Part shown: piece after piece, positions 56,021 to 64,000 of the stretch
Position numbering within the stretch: position 1 is the stretch's first letter
Layout of the letters: each line of letters begins with the position of its first letter
Assembly: GCA_002369075.1 (NCBI GenBank)
Contig: DFEG01000010.1
Coordinates: 2 to 64,001 of the forward strand
Length of the DNA stretch: 64,000 nucleotides
Direction: 5' to 3'
DNA from: Bacteroidales bacterium UBA3808
GTDB lineage: Bacteria > Bacteroidota > Bacteroidia > Bacteroidales > Paludibacteraceae
Notes under the pieces: generated by a model
Seen by the model: only the letters and a program-made list of their open reading frames with translations
What the model was told of the DNA's origin: nothing
The model's database searches: none
Translations under genes and position numbers: made by a program

Positions 56021-56820
56021 AAAAGTTATTTCCTTATATCCTTGGGGCGATATTTGTGCTGATCATCATCGGCGCATGGATGTTGATTGCGCACTTGGTC
56101 AAGAAACCGAACGATACGCAAGTACCGTTTGTGGTAGCACATAACTATTTCGTGCGGAACGATGCAATCGAACCTATTCCGGCAAAGATTGTTTCGCTGG
56201 ACGAGTTTGAACAGTATTTTGGTATGGCAGCCTTCATGGGTAAGAACGGACAACCGACACCTATTGATTTTGAGAAGCAGTTTGCTATAGCTGTTGTGCT
56301 ACCGGAAACTAATCATAGCACCGAACTATATGCAGCGAGCCTGACGGATGACGGAAAGAAGCTGATATTTACCTATCGCGTCGATGTCGCTCCCAAAGAA
56401 AACACTTGGACTCAAATGCCGATGTTGCTCATCTTCGTTGACCGCCAATACGAACGTAATAGTGTGGAACTACAATCTAATGTGGTGACGGACATCTCAG
56501 GCACTTGGCAGGTACGAGCTTTTGACAACATAATGCTTACAGAAGACTCCGTATCATTCCCGACGATTAGTTTGTTGGAGAACGGAGTGATAACCGCTTC
56601 GGCAGGTTGTAATGGCATGGGTGGTAATTACCAATATGCCAATGGGCGACTCATCATCAAGGACGGAATGTGCCAGACAGAGAAGTGGTGTGAGAATGAA
56701 CAGATGATGCGCAACGAACGATTGCTGGCGCAGACTTTGCATGACACGTTAGCCGTAACGGCTTTATCCGCAGACTCCGTGCTTGTGCAAGGCACGCACA
56801 CGATGATAATTGTTAGATAA
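56017..56820 (+). CDS. META (HslJ-like) domain-containing membrane-anchored protein
   Basis: TM helix MKKLFPYILGAIFVLIIIGAWML. SAGCNGMGGNYQYANGRLIIKDGMCQTEKWC is META-like. Confidence 0.55.
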   Translation: MKKLFPYILGAIFVLIIIGAWMLIAHLVKKPNDTQVPFVVAHNYFVRNDAIEPIPAKIVSLDEFEQYFGMAAFMGKNGQPTPIDFEKQFAIAVVLPETNHSTELYAASLTDDGKKLIFTYRVDVAPKENTWTQMPMLLIFVDRQYERNSVELQSNVVTDISGTWQVRAFDNIMLTEDSVSFPTISLLENGVITASAGCNGMGGNYQYANGRLIIKDGMCQTEKWCENEQMMRNERLLAQTLHDTLAVTALSADSVLVQGTHTMIIVR

Positions 56821-56858
56821 GAAAAACTAATTGGAATCATTATAAAATATTCAGTATT

Positions 56859-57050
56859 ATGGCACACGCATGTGAAAATTGTAAGTTTCGTGCACACTAC
56901 GATGCAAAACCTAACTCTGCGTTAGGTCGTTTCTGGAGATGGCACATCAATTTCTGTCCTGGATGGAAGGCGTACTATACCTCCCGTTCGGCAGAAGAGC
57001 AAAAGCAATTACGCGAGAAATATAACTTTACCAAATATCAAGGCAGCTAA
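56859..57050 (+). CDS. Small Cys-containing hypothetical protein
   Basis: 63 aa; MAHACENCKFRAHYDAKPNSALGRFWRWHINFCPGWKAYY. Confidence 0.5.
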   Translation: MAHACENCKFRAHYDAKPNSALGRFWRWHINFCPGWKAYYTSRSAEEQKQLREKYNFTKYQGS

Positions 57051-57064
57051 GGGAATAGACCATA

Positions 57065-57592
57065 ATGGAAAAATTTGAAGAACAGATACATGGCGACTTA
57101 CAGCAGTACTTGCTGAGCGTGAATGAGATAGACGAGCGTATGCCTGAGTGCCCCGATGTGGAGGGCAAATGGGAGGCGATAGCGAATGCGTATATCCCTG
57201 ACGGAGTGCGTGAGTTTCAGAATTATCCGCTCGCGTCGCTCGGGTGGATGATGTATATCGGCATGGCATTGGCGAAGATGTGGGATGACGATTGGCAGTA
57301 CTATGCTGCGAAAGACGACCTGTATGACTATCTGCGTGACAAACGCGGCTACGATGCCATGGACGAGTATATCCGCAGAGACGTACTCAAACTCAAAGGC
57401 AAGGATTTTGCGATGACCGAAGAACTCGTCAGCGAGTGTGCCTCGCGAGTGCATAACACGTTGATGCATCAGGACATCGAACCGGGTACGAAAGAGGCTT
57501 TCCTTGCCTACGTCGCTTGCTTGCATCAGTTGTTCCTCTTTGGCGCAGCTGTACAACTCAAGCGCATGGGCTACCACATGACGAGAATATAA
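57065..57592 (+). CDS. Hypothetical protein
   Basis: 175-aa ORF. No recognisable motif. Confidence 0.5.
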   Translation: MEKFEEQIHGDLQQYLLSVNEIDERMPECPDVEGKWEAIANAYIPDGVREFQNYPLASLGWMMYIGMALAKMWDDDWQYYAAKDDLYDYLRDKRGYDAMDEYIRRDVLKLKGKDFAMTEELVSECASRVHNTLMHQDIEPGTKEAFLAYVACLHQLFLFGAAVQLKRMGYHMTRI

Positions 57593-57609
57593 AATATAGT
57601 GATTATACT

Positions 57610-58101
57610 ATGACACGCAAAGAAACAATCATAGCAACGATCTTGCTAATCATTTTCGGAACGAGTATGCACTTCGTGCATCATGTACCGTTCTTCAATC
57701 ATTTCCTGGGCTATATCTTTCCCGTGACGGAGAGTGTGATGGCGCACATGAAGATGGTGTTTTACCCGATGCTTTTACTGAGCATCTATCTGTGCATTTT
57801 GCACCGCGACATCCGCGAGATAGGCGCACCTATATTGGGCGCATTGGCCGTTATGCCGCTCATCGTAGCCGCATTCTTCAGTTATTGGTTCTTCGTGCGC
57901 CATGAGTTGATGCTTTTGGATATCGTTATCTATATCGCTTCGATGGTCGGCGCAGTACATCTTGCTAATCGTTGGCGGACATGTGCTGTTGTGCAACGCC
58001 TCTGGCCGTTATGGATAGTGCTCATCGTGCTGGCTATCATTGCTATCGGCGTGTTGACCTATCACGCACCTAACTGGATCATCTTCGCAGATTTAGGATA
58101 A
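57610..58101 (+). CDS. Integral membrane protein (DUF6512-like)
   Basis: Five or six hydrophobic helices. Start taken at ATG 57610. Confidence 0.45.
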   Translation: MTRKETIIATILLIIFGTSMHFVHHVPFFNHFLGYIFPVTESVMAHMKMVFYPMLLLSIYLCILHRDIREIGAPILGALAVMPLIVAAFFSYWFFVRHELMLLDIVIYIASMVGAVHLANRWRTCAVVQRLWPLWIVLIVLAIIAIGVLTYHAPNWIIFADLG

Positions 58102-58179
58102 TATGAACTGAAGTATGACACCCAAACTATTCTTACAAGCAACGCGTTCGTTATAAAGTAATTCCGTTTATTTGGTAAT

Positions 58180-58593
58180 ATGAACACCTTTCAAAAGATA
58201 TTAACTTTGTTCATAGGCATCGGCGCAGTAGTCGGTGCGGTAATGATGTGGGTTGACCCGACGGGAGTTGCATGGGGCGGAGAACCATTATTAGAATTGC
58301 TCCGCGCAAAGATGCCGTGGCCGGATGTGTTCTTTCGCAACTTTATTCCGTCCGGTATAGTACTATTGGCGGTAAACGGTCTTACGCAATTCGTAGCAGC
58401 TTATCTGCTTTTCAAAAACCATCCGCTGGCATATTGGGCAGTACTGGTTTGCGGTATTATCCTGATGCTTTGGATTGCGCTCGAATGTTGGATATGGGGC
58501 TTCAATCCTGTCGGTAATTTTTACTTCATCCTTGGCCTCGTCGAAACCATTTCAGCAGCAATTAGTTTGCATGGAAACAGATATTTAAAATAA
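58180..58593 (+). CDS. Integral membrane protein
   Basis: 137 aa with four hydrophobic helices. Confidence 0.5.
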   Translation: MNTFQKILTLFIGIGAVVGAVMMWVDPTGVAWGGEPLLELLRAKMPWPDVFFRNFIPSGIVLLAVNGLTQFVAAYLLFKNHPLAYWAVLVCGIILMLWIALECWIWGFNPVGNFYFILGLVETISAAISLHGNRYLK

Positions 58594-58609
58594 TGTCCGT
58601 TTTTTCACA

Positions 58610-59104
58610 GTGCATGTTCTCTCCGACTGCATCACCAGCTATGATCTAAGGAAGCTACCAGATATGCTCTCCTATTACGAGAGCAAAGGTTGTGAGGTCA
58701 AAACGCTTGCCGATTACAAACAATGAAACAAAGGTATGTGCTATAGAGAAGAAGCCATCGAATGTGTAAAAGATCATGTTCTCCAGATACATAAGCAAAT
58801 ATATGCCAAGTATGAAGGGGATTTTGACAGGATCTATACGGAAGGGTACAACAGCAAGTCCTATACGGGTAGGGTGATTGAAGCAGGAAAGGTTTATGAA
58901 CTGAGTTATCTGGAATGTACGTGCCCTAAAGTTAAATGTGGGCTGAGAAACCATCCGCAACAATGTGAGTGCTCGCGACAGAGCATTCTATATATCTTGT
59001 CGCAGCTGGAACCGGATAGCCAATTCGAAGTTCGGATTGAGAATACGATTCTCAGGGGAAGCGACCGCTGTACTTTCAGAATAACAAAGCATAAAGATGT
59101 TTAA
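58610..59104 (+). pseudogene. Cys-rich protein (C-terminus resembles the ATC-hydrolase family) interrupted by one in-frame TGA
   Basis: The frame is open from about 58580, with TGA at 58724-58726 in the same frame as ORF 58736-59104. The tail reads ...GSDRCTFRITK. Confidence 0.35.
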
Positions 59105-59116
59105 GTCATTCGAGTT

Positions 59117-59809
59117 ATGACAATAGATAGAATAGATATTACCGCTCAACTATTTGCTTTGCAAGACAAGGCGTATGCGGATTTCCAGAGCAAGTTACTG
59201 CCGACTGTCAAACGCAAGACGGTTATTGGTGTGCGGACACCGAACTTGCGCAAAATGGCGAAGCAAATCTGCAAGACTCCTGCTGCGCAAGAGTTCTTGC
59301 ACAGTTTGCCTCATCGCTATTTTGACGAGAACCAATTGCACGCGTTTATCCTGTCGGAAGAGAAAGATTTCAACATCTGTATCGCTAATCTAGAGCAGTT
59401 CCTGCCGTATGTAGATAACTGGGCGACCTGCGACCAACTATCGCCTCGTTGCTTCAAGAAACATACGATGGAGTTATTACCGTACGTTCGCAAGTGGATG
59501 AGGAGCAAACACACCTATACGAAACGCTTTGGAATATGCACGCTGATGCGTTATTTTTGGGACGAGGCTTTTCGACCGGAATACTTGGAATGGGTTGCAT
59601 CTATCAAGTCTGATGAGTATTACATCCGCATGATGCAGGCATGGTTCTTTGCTACGGCGCTTGCCAAACAATGGGATGCCACGCTTCCCTATATACAGCA
59701 ACAGCGTATGGAGAAAGAAACACACAACAAAACCATCCAGAAAGCCGTTGAGAGTTTCCGTATCGCGGACGAACAAAAGGCTTTGCTAAAGACCCTGCGA
59801 GTGAAATGA
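59117..59809 (+). CDS. DNA alkylation repair protein (AlkD-like HEAT repeat)
   Basis: LQDKAYADFQSKLLPTVKRKTVIGVRTPNLRKMAK...NWATCDQL. Confidence 0.7.
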   Translation: MTIDRIDITAQLFALQDKAYADFQSKLLPTVKRKTVIGVRTPNLRKMAKQICKTPAAQEFLHSLPHRYFDENQLHAFILSEEKDFNICIANLEQFLPYVDNWATCDQLSPRCFKKHTMELLPYVRKWMRSKHTYTKRFGICTLMRYFWDEAFRPEYLEWVASIKSDEYYIRMMQAWFFATALAKQWDATLPYIQQQRMEKETHNKTIQKAVESFRIADEQKALLKTLRVK

Positions 59810-60396
59810 AAAAGATTCTATTCCTACATGGCTTTTACGCAAGCGGACAATGTGTTCCGGCAATTGCGTTACTCGAAGCATTCGCAGGGCGTGCCGATGT
59901 GCTGACACCGGACTTGCCCATGCATCCGCAGGACGCGCTATGTTTCATTCGCGAACTAATAGATAGCGAGAAGCCCGACTTGCTGATAGGGAACAGTTGT
60001 GGCGCTTTCTATGCGCAGATGAATGCTCCTGTTGTGGACATTCCTGCTTTGCTTGGTAATCCGCATTTTCGAATGTCAGAGTTCCTAAAGCAGCGCATAG
60101 GTCAGCACGAGTATAAATCGCCGCGCAAGGATGGCAAGCAATCATTCGTTATAGATGAAGCCTTGGTTGAAGAGTTTGCTGCACTGGAGGCAACTCAATT
60201 CGACAATTGCAATCCTCAGTCCCGTGACCAAGTGTGGGGATTATTCGGTGAGCAAGACACTTTAGCGCATTTCGAATCGCTCTTCTTAGAGCACTACAAC
60301 CGTTCATTCCATTTCCCCGGAGGACATACTCCCACCGCCGATGAAGTCCGTACATGGTACGTACCGCTGGCAGAGAAGATGTTAATAGAACAATAA
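59806..60396 (+). CDS. YqiA/UPF0227-like alpha/beta hydrolase (esterase)
   Basis: ILFLHGFYASG...LIGNSCGAFYA contains the nucleophile elbow GxSxG. Confidence 0.55.
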   Translation: MKKILFLHGFYASGQCVPAIALLEAFAGRADVLTPDLPMHPQDALCFIRELIDSEKPDLLIGNSCGAFYAQMNAPVVDIPALLGNPHFRMSEFLKQRIGQHEYKSPRKDGKQSFVIDEALVEEFAALEATQFDNCNPQSRDQVWGLFGEQDTLAHFESLFLEHYNRSFHFPGGHTPTADEVRTWYVPLAEKMLIEQ

Positions 60397-60509
60397 CACA
60401 CAAACGAGGTGTGAGGCGTTTGCTGTTTATTATCTAAATCACTTTGACGGTTCCCGTTTCCGTCGCTACCGCGCTTTTCGTGATGAAACGTGCGGTAGTT
60501 TTGTTTATG

Positions 60510-60805
60510 TAAGACCATAAAGGCGCGTGAGCGCAAGCAGACTTTTGAGGTGCGCGGAGCGATTGGAGACTTGCGGTTTGAGTATGCGCACGGAGACTTT
60601 TGGGGTTAACGGAATTGATGAAGACTCACATGGTCTGCGCGTAAAAGGAGACTTGTAAAGTCGCATAAAGTGAAGACCTTTGATGTGTAAAAAAAAGAGA
60701 CTCTTAATGTCGTTGCTACGAGCAGACTTTTGAAAATGTTTACACGTGCAGACTTCGGCACTTTTGAAATAATGGAGACCTTTGCTTTGAGGGCGAGAGC
60801 GTCCT
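60510..60805. repeat. Degenerate tandem array, about 11 units of 24-28 bp, each starting (G/A)(G/C/A)AGAC(T/C)TTTG-like
   Basis: AGAC cores end at 60517, 60542, 60570, 60597, 60625, 60652, 60677, 60701, 60727, 60753 and 60779. Confidence 0.85.
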
Positions 60806-61109
60806 AATTTAGAAATTTGCGTTTGCATATTCCGCTTTGAAAGACTCGCTAAAATCAGCCGATATAGCAGGGCGGTTGGGGCTCTCCAGAGGGAAAAGAC
60901 GAAAGATTTTGCTATCTTTCGTCGCTATCTGGCTTATTTACAGCATTTTACGATTTCATAGACCGGACAAATAGCGAAAACCGGAACAAAATGAGCACTA
61001 AAAAGTAGGCTCAGCCCTTGTAAATACTTGTTGTTCCTCGGTTCTTTGAAATAGCGAAAAACGAGTGTTTTTCAGAAAAATTGTAGAAATACGAAACCGT
61101 ATTAAACAA

Positions 61110-61200
61110 TTATACCACGCTTTTCTGGCGTCAGACCTATATTTTACACGAACGCTCACCGTGTTCGTTTGGTCTAATCGTCCTAAAAAGCGTGGTATAA
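61110..61200. repeat. Nested inverted repeat (15-bp outer arms) just beyond the integrase stop codon
   Basis: ttataccacgctttt (61110-24) pairs with aaaagcgtggtataa (61186-200). The inner pairs are cagacc/ggtct and acgaac/gttcgt. Confidence 0.8.
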
Positions 61201-61210
61201 CTATGCAAAT

Positions 61211-62449
61211 TTAGAACTCCGGAGCTATCTTATTGATACGTTCAATAAGGCTCTCATCAATGTGATTGGCGTAGCGGAAAGTCATACTAAGGTCGCTGTG
61301 GCCAACTATTTGAACGACGTCCAAATCGGTTGCACCAGCTTTCAATAGGTTGTTAATTCCGCTATCACGGAGAGAGTAGAGTTGATATTCTCTCGGCAAC
61401 TTCAATGCTGCTCTCATTCGATCCCAAATGATAGTGAATGAGTGCGAAGCAGCAGGAGTCTGGCTCGGTTTCCATGTGCCGGCGCCAAAGACGAAATCAT
61501 CCGGTTGGGCTCCACGAATATGGTCACGTAATAAGGCTTCCAATTTATCATCCATACGACAGTTATGGTCTTTGCCGTTTTTCTTCTGCGATCCTTTCAT
61601 TTCGATACAATGTTTCTCGAAGTTCAGTTGTTCAACTTTGACGCGAGTAATCTCTACCGGACGCAGGAAGGATTTATACACCAGTTGCATGACGATGATG
61701 AATGCAGGATTCTTTTCCCTAAAGTATGCAACAATTCTGTCGCGAACTTCCTTGGGGATAATGGTACGATCTTTACCCTGCGCTTTCTTTTGTTTGAGGT
61801 GTTCAAACGGATTGACACGGGCGTAACTCTTTTCCATCGCCCAACTAAACAACGCACGCGCGAGCTTTATATTATTGTTGTACGTACGCGGACTTACGCG
61901 ATCTTCCCTTATTTTCTTGCGGACAGACTTCTTGCCTTTCGAGTTGTTGCCAAGAAGCACGAACTCCATGTACTGGTTCGCCTGCGTCTGCGAGAAAACG
62001 GAAGCGGCAATAGATGGACAGTTATTATGCACCCATTGCTTGAATTGTTTACAGAAGCAACTATAGCTTCGCATAGTCGTTTCTTTCAACTCACCACATC
62101 GATCTTTTTCATACAGGTCAATTACCTGCTCCAACGGAGTGTAAAAGCGAACATTATCACCCGTATAACTCTCCTGCGTACCGATTCCGTAGGCAGGGAT
62201 GTTTTGCTGAAGATTGATAAAACCGGCAGCAAGTTGATTGTTGATTTGAAGAATAATAGCGCTGGTCTGCAATTTGAACTCAGTAAGAGTCTTGCAGCGC
62301 TTACGCTCGCGGTTCATCATCAGACGAACGCGCTCTAAGTCTTGAACGATAGGGTTAAGCTTGTAGTACTCGATGTACCAACCTTTAGAATTGTGTTTGA
62401 GCTCTGCGGGAACAAATTGCCTTAGGGCTCCAAAATTTTGAACCAACAT
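61211..62449 (-). CDS. int: Tyrosine-type site-specific integrase
   Basis: C-terminal catalytic pattern ...LYSLRDSGINNLL...IVGHSDLSMTFRYANH. It lies adjacent to the tRNA 3' end. Start taken at the internal ATG (62449) of ORF 61211-62524. Confidence 0.9.
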   Translation of the reverse strand: MLVQNFGALRQFVPAELKHNSKGWYIEYYKLNPIVQDLERVRLMMNRERKRCKTLTEFKLQTSAIILQINNQLAAGFINLQQNIPAYGIGTQESYTGDNVRFYTPLEQVIDLYEKDRCGELKETTMRSYSCFCKQFKQWVHNNCPSIAASVFSQTQANQYMEFVLLGNNSKGKKSVRKKIREDRVSPRTYNNNIKLARALFSWAMEKSYARVNPFEHLKQKKAQGKDRTIIPKEVRDRIVAYFREKNPAFIIVMQLVYKSFLRPVEITRVKVEQLNFEKHCIEMKGSQKKNGKDHNCRMDDKLEALLRDHIRGAQPDDFVFGAGTWKPSQTPAASHSFTIIWDRMRAALKLPREYQLYSLRDSGINNLLKAGATDLDVVQIVGHSDLSMTFRYANHIDESLIERINKIAPEF

Positions 62450-62549
62450 AGTAATTTTTTTTTCTTCCGCCAACCTTTTCTGATTGGCGGGAGAAAAAAA
62501 GTTAAACAATGTTATTAACGACAAATGACTTCCACATCTGTGAAAGTCA

Positions 62550-62574
62550 TTTGGGCAGATTTTGGGTCGATTTC
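62550..62574. repeat. Island-end repeat TTTGGGCAGATTTTGGGTC(G)ATTTC (candidate integrase arm site, right)
   Basis: Matches 20774-20797. It lies between int and attR. Confidence 0.8.
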
Positions 62575-62610
62575 TACGCGTCTCACGCGTAACTTATTGA
62601 TTTTCAACCC

Positions 62611-62642
62611 TTGTGCGCAGGATGAGACTCGAACTCACACGA
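62611..62642. repeat. attR: 32-bp direct repeat covering the 3' end of the intact tRNA-Leu(GAG)
   Basis: Identical to 20660-20691. Confidence 0.9.
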
Positions 62643-62697
62643 TCTTGCGACCACTACCCCCTCAAAGTAGCGTGTATACCAATTTCACCACCTGCGC
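62614..62697 (-). tRNA. tRNA-Leu (anticodon GAG)
   Basis: The reverse complement folds as a cloverleaf: acceptor GCGCAGG/CCTGCGC, anticodon loop TTGAGGG, long variable arm, T-loop TTCGAGT. Confidence 0.9.
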
Positions 62698-62698
62698 G

Positions 62699-62780
62699 TG
62701 CCCAGAACAGGACTCGAACCTGCACACCTCGCGGCATGCGCACCTGAAACGCACGCGTCTACCAATTCCGCCATCTGGGC
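62699..62780 (-). tRNA. tRNA-Leu (anticodon CAG)
   Basis: Acceptor GCCCAGA/TCTGGGC, anticodon stem TGCGT/GCGCA with loop TTCAGGT, long variable arm, T-loop TTCGAGT. Confidence 0.9.
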
Positions 62781-62807
62781 TCGCACTCGTAAAGTGCAAA
62801 AAAAAAG

Positions 62808-62880
<73 letters not shown>

Positions 62881-62933
62881 ATACTTTTCTGTTAATCTCT
62901 CTTAGATCACTGCTTTCTTTTCAAAAGCGGGTG

Positions 62934-62965
62934 CAAAGGTACAGCTTTTTTTTTATATACGCAAA
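62934..62965 (-). promoter_or_regulatory. Promoter of the tRNA Gly-Leu-Leu cluster
   Basis: Reverse complement TACCTTTG at 62934-62941 and TTTG at 62962-62965, 20-nt spacer. Confidence 0.65.
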
Positions 62966-63108
62966 TTTTTGAGAAAAAAAATGTAAAAAAAATGCAATTT
63001 CACGCTTTTTTTGATTTTATGGCACACTTTTTCATGTAGTCTTAACGCATTTTACAACTCAATCACCGGTGCCTGTCGCGATCGGCATGCAACCATATCG
63101 GCCTGTCT

Positions 63109-63178
63109 TTAGACCGAAGTCGGACTAAAGTCGGACTAAAGTCGGACTAAAGCCGGACCATTATCGGACTTTTATCGA
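63109..63178. repeat. 11-bp tandem repeat TCGGACTAAAG (3 perfect plus about 3 degenerate units) upstream of the rRNA promoter
   Basis: Perfect units at 63120, 63131 and 63142. Degenerate units ccggaccatta and tcggactttta follow. Confidence 0.9.
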
Positions 63179-63407
63179 GTGCATGACCTCCAATCACCAA
63201 TTGATATATCCGCATAGCCGCGTTTTACTCTCGCGCGTACGCGTTCCTTATATATTATATTATACTGGCTTCTGCCAAAAACGGCGTGCAACTAAAAATG
63301 GGCGTAAAATGTAGAAAAACCCCTAAAAATGCCCATTTTTATAAGTGACGCAATTACAGTGACTTATAAAAAAAAGTGCTAAAAAACACATTTTTTTGAT
63401 AAGATTA

Positions 63408-63439
63408 TTTGGTCAGTTCAAAAAAAAGCTGTACCTTTG
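63408..63439 (+). promoter_or_regulatory. rRNA operon promoter (TTTG, 20 nt, TACCTTTG)
   Basis: -33 at 63408-63411 and -7 at 63432-63439, about 255 nt upstream of the 16S 5' end. Confidence 0.6.
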
Positions 63440-63692
63440 CACTCGCTTTTGAGAAACAAACGTGTTTCGATTTTCTACCGCAAGGCGCGGACATTAAAAT
63501 TCAGATTCTCCTACGAGGACCTAATTTTTTTGCGCCAAACCGAAAGAAACTATCTTTGAAAGATTGAAACAATTAGTGTAGTACAAGAACTGTAAAAAAA
63601 GTATCCGCCAAGTTTGGCGGATCAAGGTTCCCGAATAAAATTCTACACTTGATAAATTCGATTATTCTGAGCTAACTTATAAATTTCTTTTT

Positions 63693-64000
63693 ACAACGAA
63701 GAGTTTGATCCTGGCTCAGGATGAACGCTAGCGACAGGCCTAACACATGCAAGTCGAGGGGCAGCGGGATTGAAGCTTGCTTTAATTGCCGGCGACCGGC
63801 GCACGGGTGCGTAACAGGTGTGCAATCTGTCCATAGTCGGGGAATAGCCCAGCGAAAGTTGGATTAAAGCTCCATGTGAGCGAGTGCCGCATGACACTTG
63901 CTTGAAACGTAAGGACTATGGGTGAGCACGCTTCTGATTAGGTAGTTGGTGGGGTAACGGCCCACCAAGCCGACGATCAGTAGGGGTTCTGAGAGGAAGG
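63693..64000 (+). rRNA. rrs: 16S ribosomal RNA, 5' part (continues beyond the window)
   Basis: AGAGTTTGATCCTGGCTCAGGATGAACGCTAGCGACAGGCCTAACACATGCAAGTCGAGG is a Bacteroidota-type 5' end. Confidence 0.97.

Larger units (their letters stand above)
20660..62642. mobile_element. ~42-kb tRNA-Leu-integrated genomic island (integrative element with replication, anti-restriction and defence modules; no capsid or conjugation genes seen)
   Basis: Bounded by the 32-bp direct repeat, with a tyrosine integrase adjacent to the intact tRNA. It carries an XRE switch, a primase, ArdA and mosaic base composition. Confidence 0.8.

Noticed and set aside
58724-58726. Selenocysteine or programmed readthrough at the in-frame TGA
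   Set aside because: There is no SECIS-like hairpin immediately downstream that I can see, and no selenoprotein context. A nonsense mutation or downstream restart is more parsimonious.
60510-60805. Possible CRISPR array
   Set aside because: The period is only 24-28 bp. The conserved part is an ~8-12-nt core rather than a 28-37-nt repeat, and the 'spacers' would be only ~15 nt. No cas genes are in the window.
60505-60828. 107-aa minus-strand ORF in the int-proximal non-coding region
   Set aside because: Its sequence is just the translation of the ~26-bp tandem array (recurring KS/KG/KV...L motifs). It has no start context or promoter.
62471-62494. Hairpin CCGCCAA...TTGGCGG between the tRNA-Leu gene and int, considered as a terminator
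   Set aside because: T- and A-runs precede rather than follow the stem on both strands, so it does not fit a canonical intrinsic terminator. It is left unannotated.
20660-62642. Complete prophage or conjugative element (ICE)
   Set aside because: No terminase, portal, capsid or tail genes are recognisable. No relaxase, coupling protein or T4SS genes are recognisable either. Only integrase, repressor and primase-type functions are present.
63691-63897. 68-aa minus-strand ORF
   Set aside because: It lies inside the 16S rRNA gene.

Overview
This is a Bacteroidota, probably Bacteroidales, chromosomal segment. The assignment rests on the TTTG-20 nt-TAnnTTTG promoter architecture, T9SS-type C-terminal sorting domains and the 16S 5' end. 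Bases 1-20.6 kb are core chromosome. They carry a duplicated-module secreted protein, a small cluster of hypothetical and HNH genes rich in repeats, gyrB, a LOG-family gene, kdsA, folE, and a minus-strand operon (DUF2147, rdgB, a giant PorZ-like propeller protein, an EptA-like transferase, an acyltransferase). Bases 20,660-62,642 form a ~42-kb genomic island inserted into the 3' end of tRNA-Leu(GAG). It is bounded by a 32-bp direct repeat and has a tyrosine integrase beside the intact tRNA. The island encodes an XRE-type switch, a primase/P-loop replication protein followed by iteron-like repeats, and ArdA. It also has a seven-gene defence block: an AlbA_2/ATPase gene, then a DISARM class-1-like operon. 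That operon has non-canonical parts: a GHKL ATPase with a nuclease-like tail, an SNF2 helicase, a 1650-aa N6A methyltransferase, an embedded TIR-like (PF10137-type) gene and a 2002-aa helicase+DUF1998 fusion, with no PLD gene. Downstream are two adjacent modules that share an identical palindrome-promoter cassette. One holds an HExxH peptidase, an NT5C deoxynucleotidase and a membrane protein. The other holds an AAA+ ATPase, a vWA protein, a CX5R phosphatase and a DUF1287 protein. After these come a candidate structured RNA, a PARG-like/NUDIX pair and about 7 kb of housekeeping-like cargo. Bases 62.6-64 kb hold tRNA-Leu(GAG), tRNA-Leu(CAG) and tRNA-Gly(GCC) on the minus strand and the start of a 16S rRNA gene. 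Short tandem repeats of 7, 11, 12, 14 and ~26 bp and GC-rich palindromic elements are unusually frequent in the intergenic DNA. All homology statements come from reading motifs by eye; no database search was possible.
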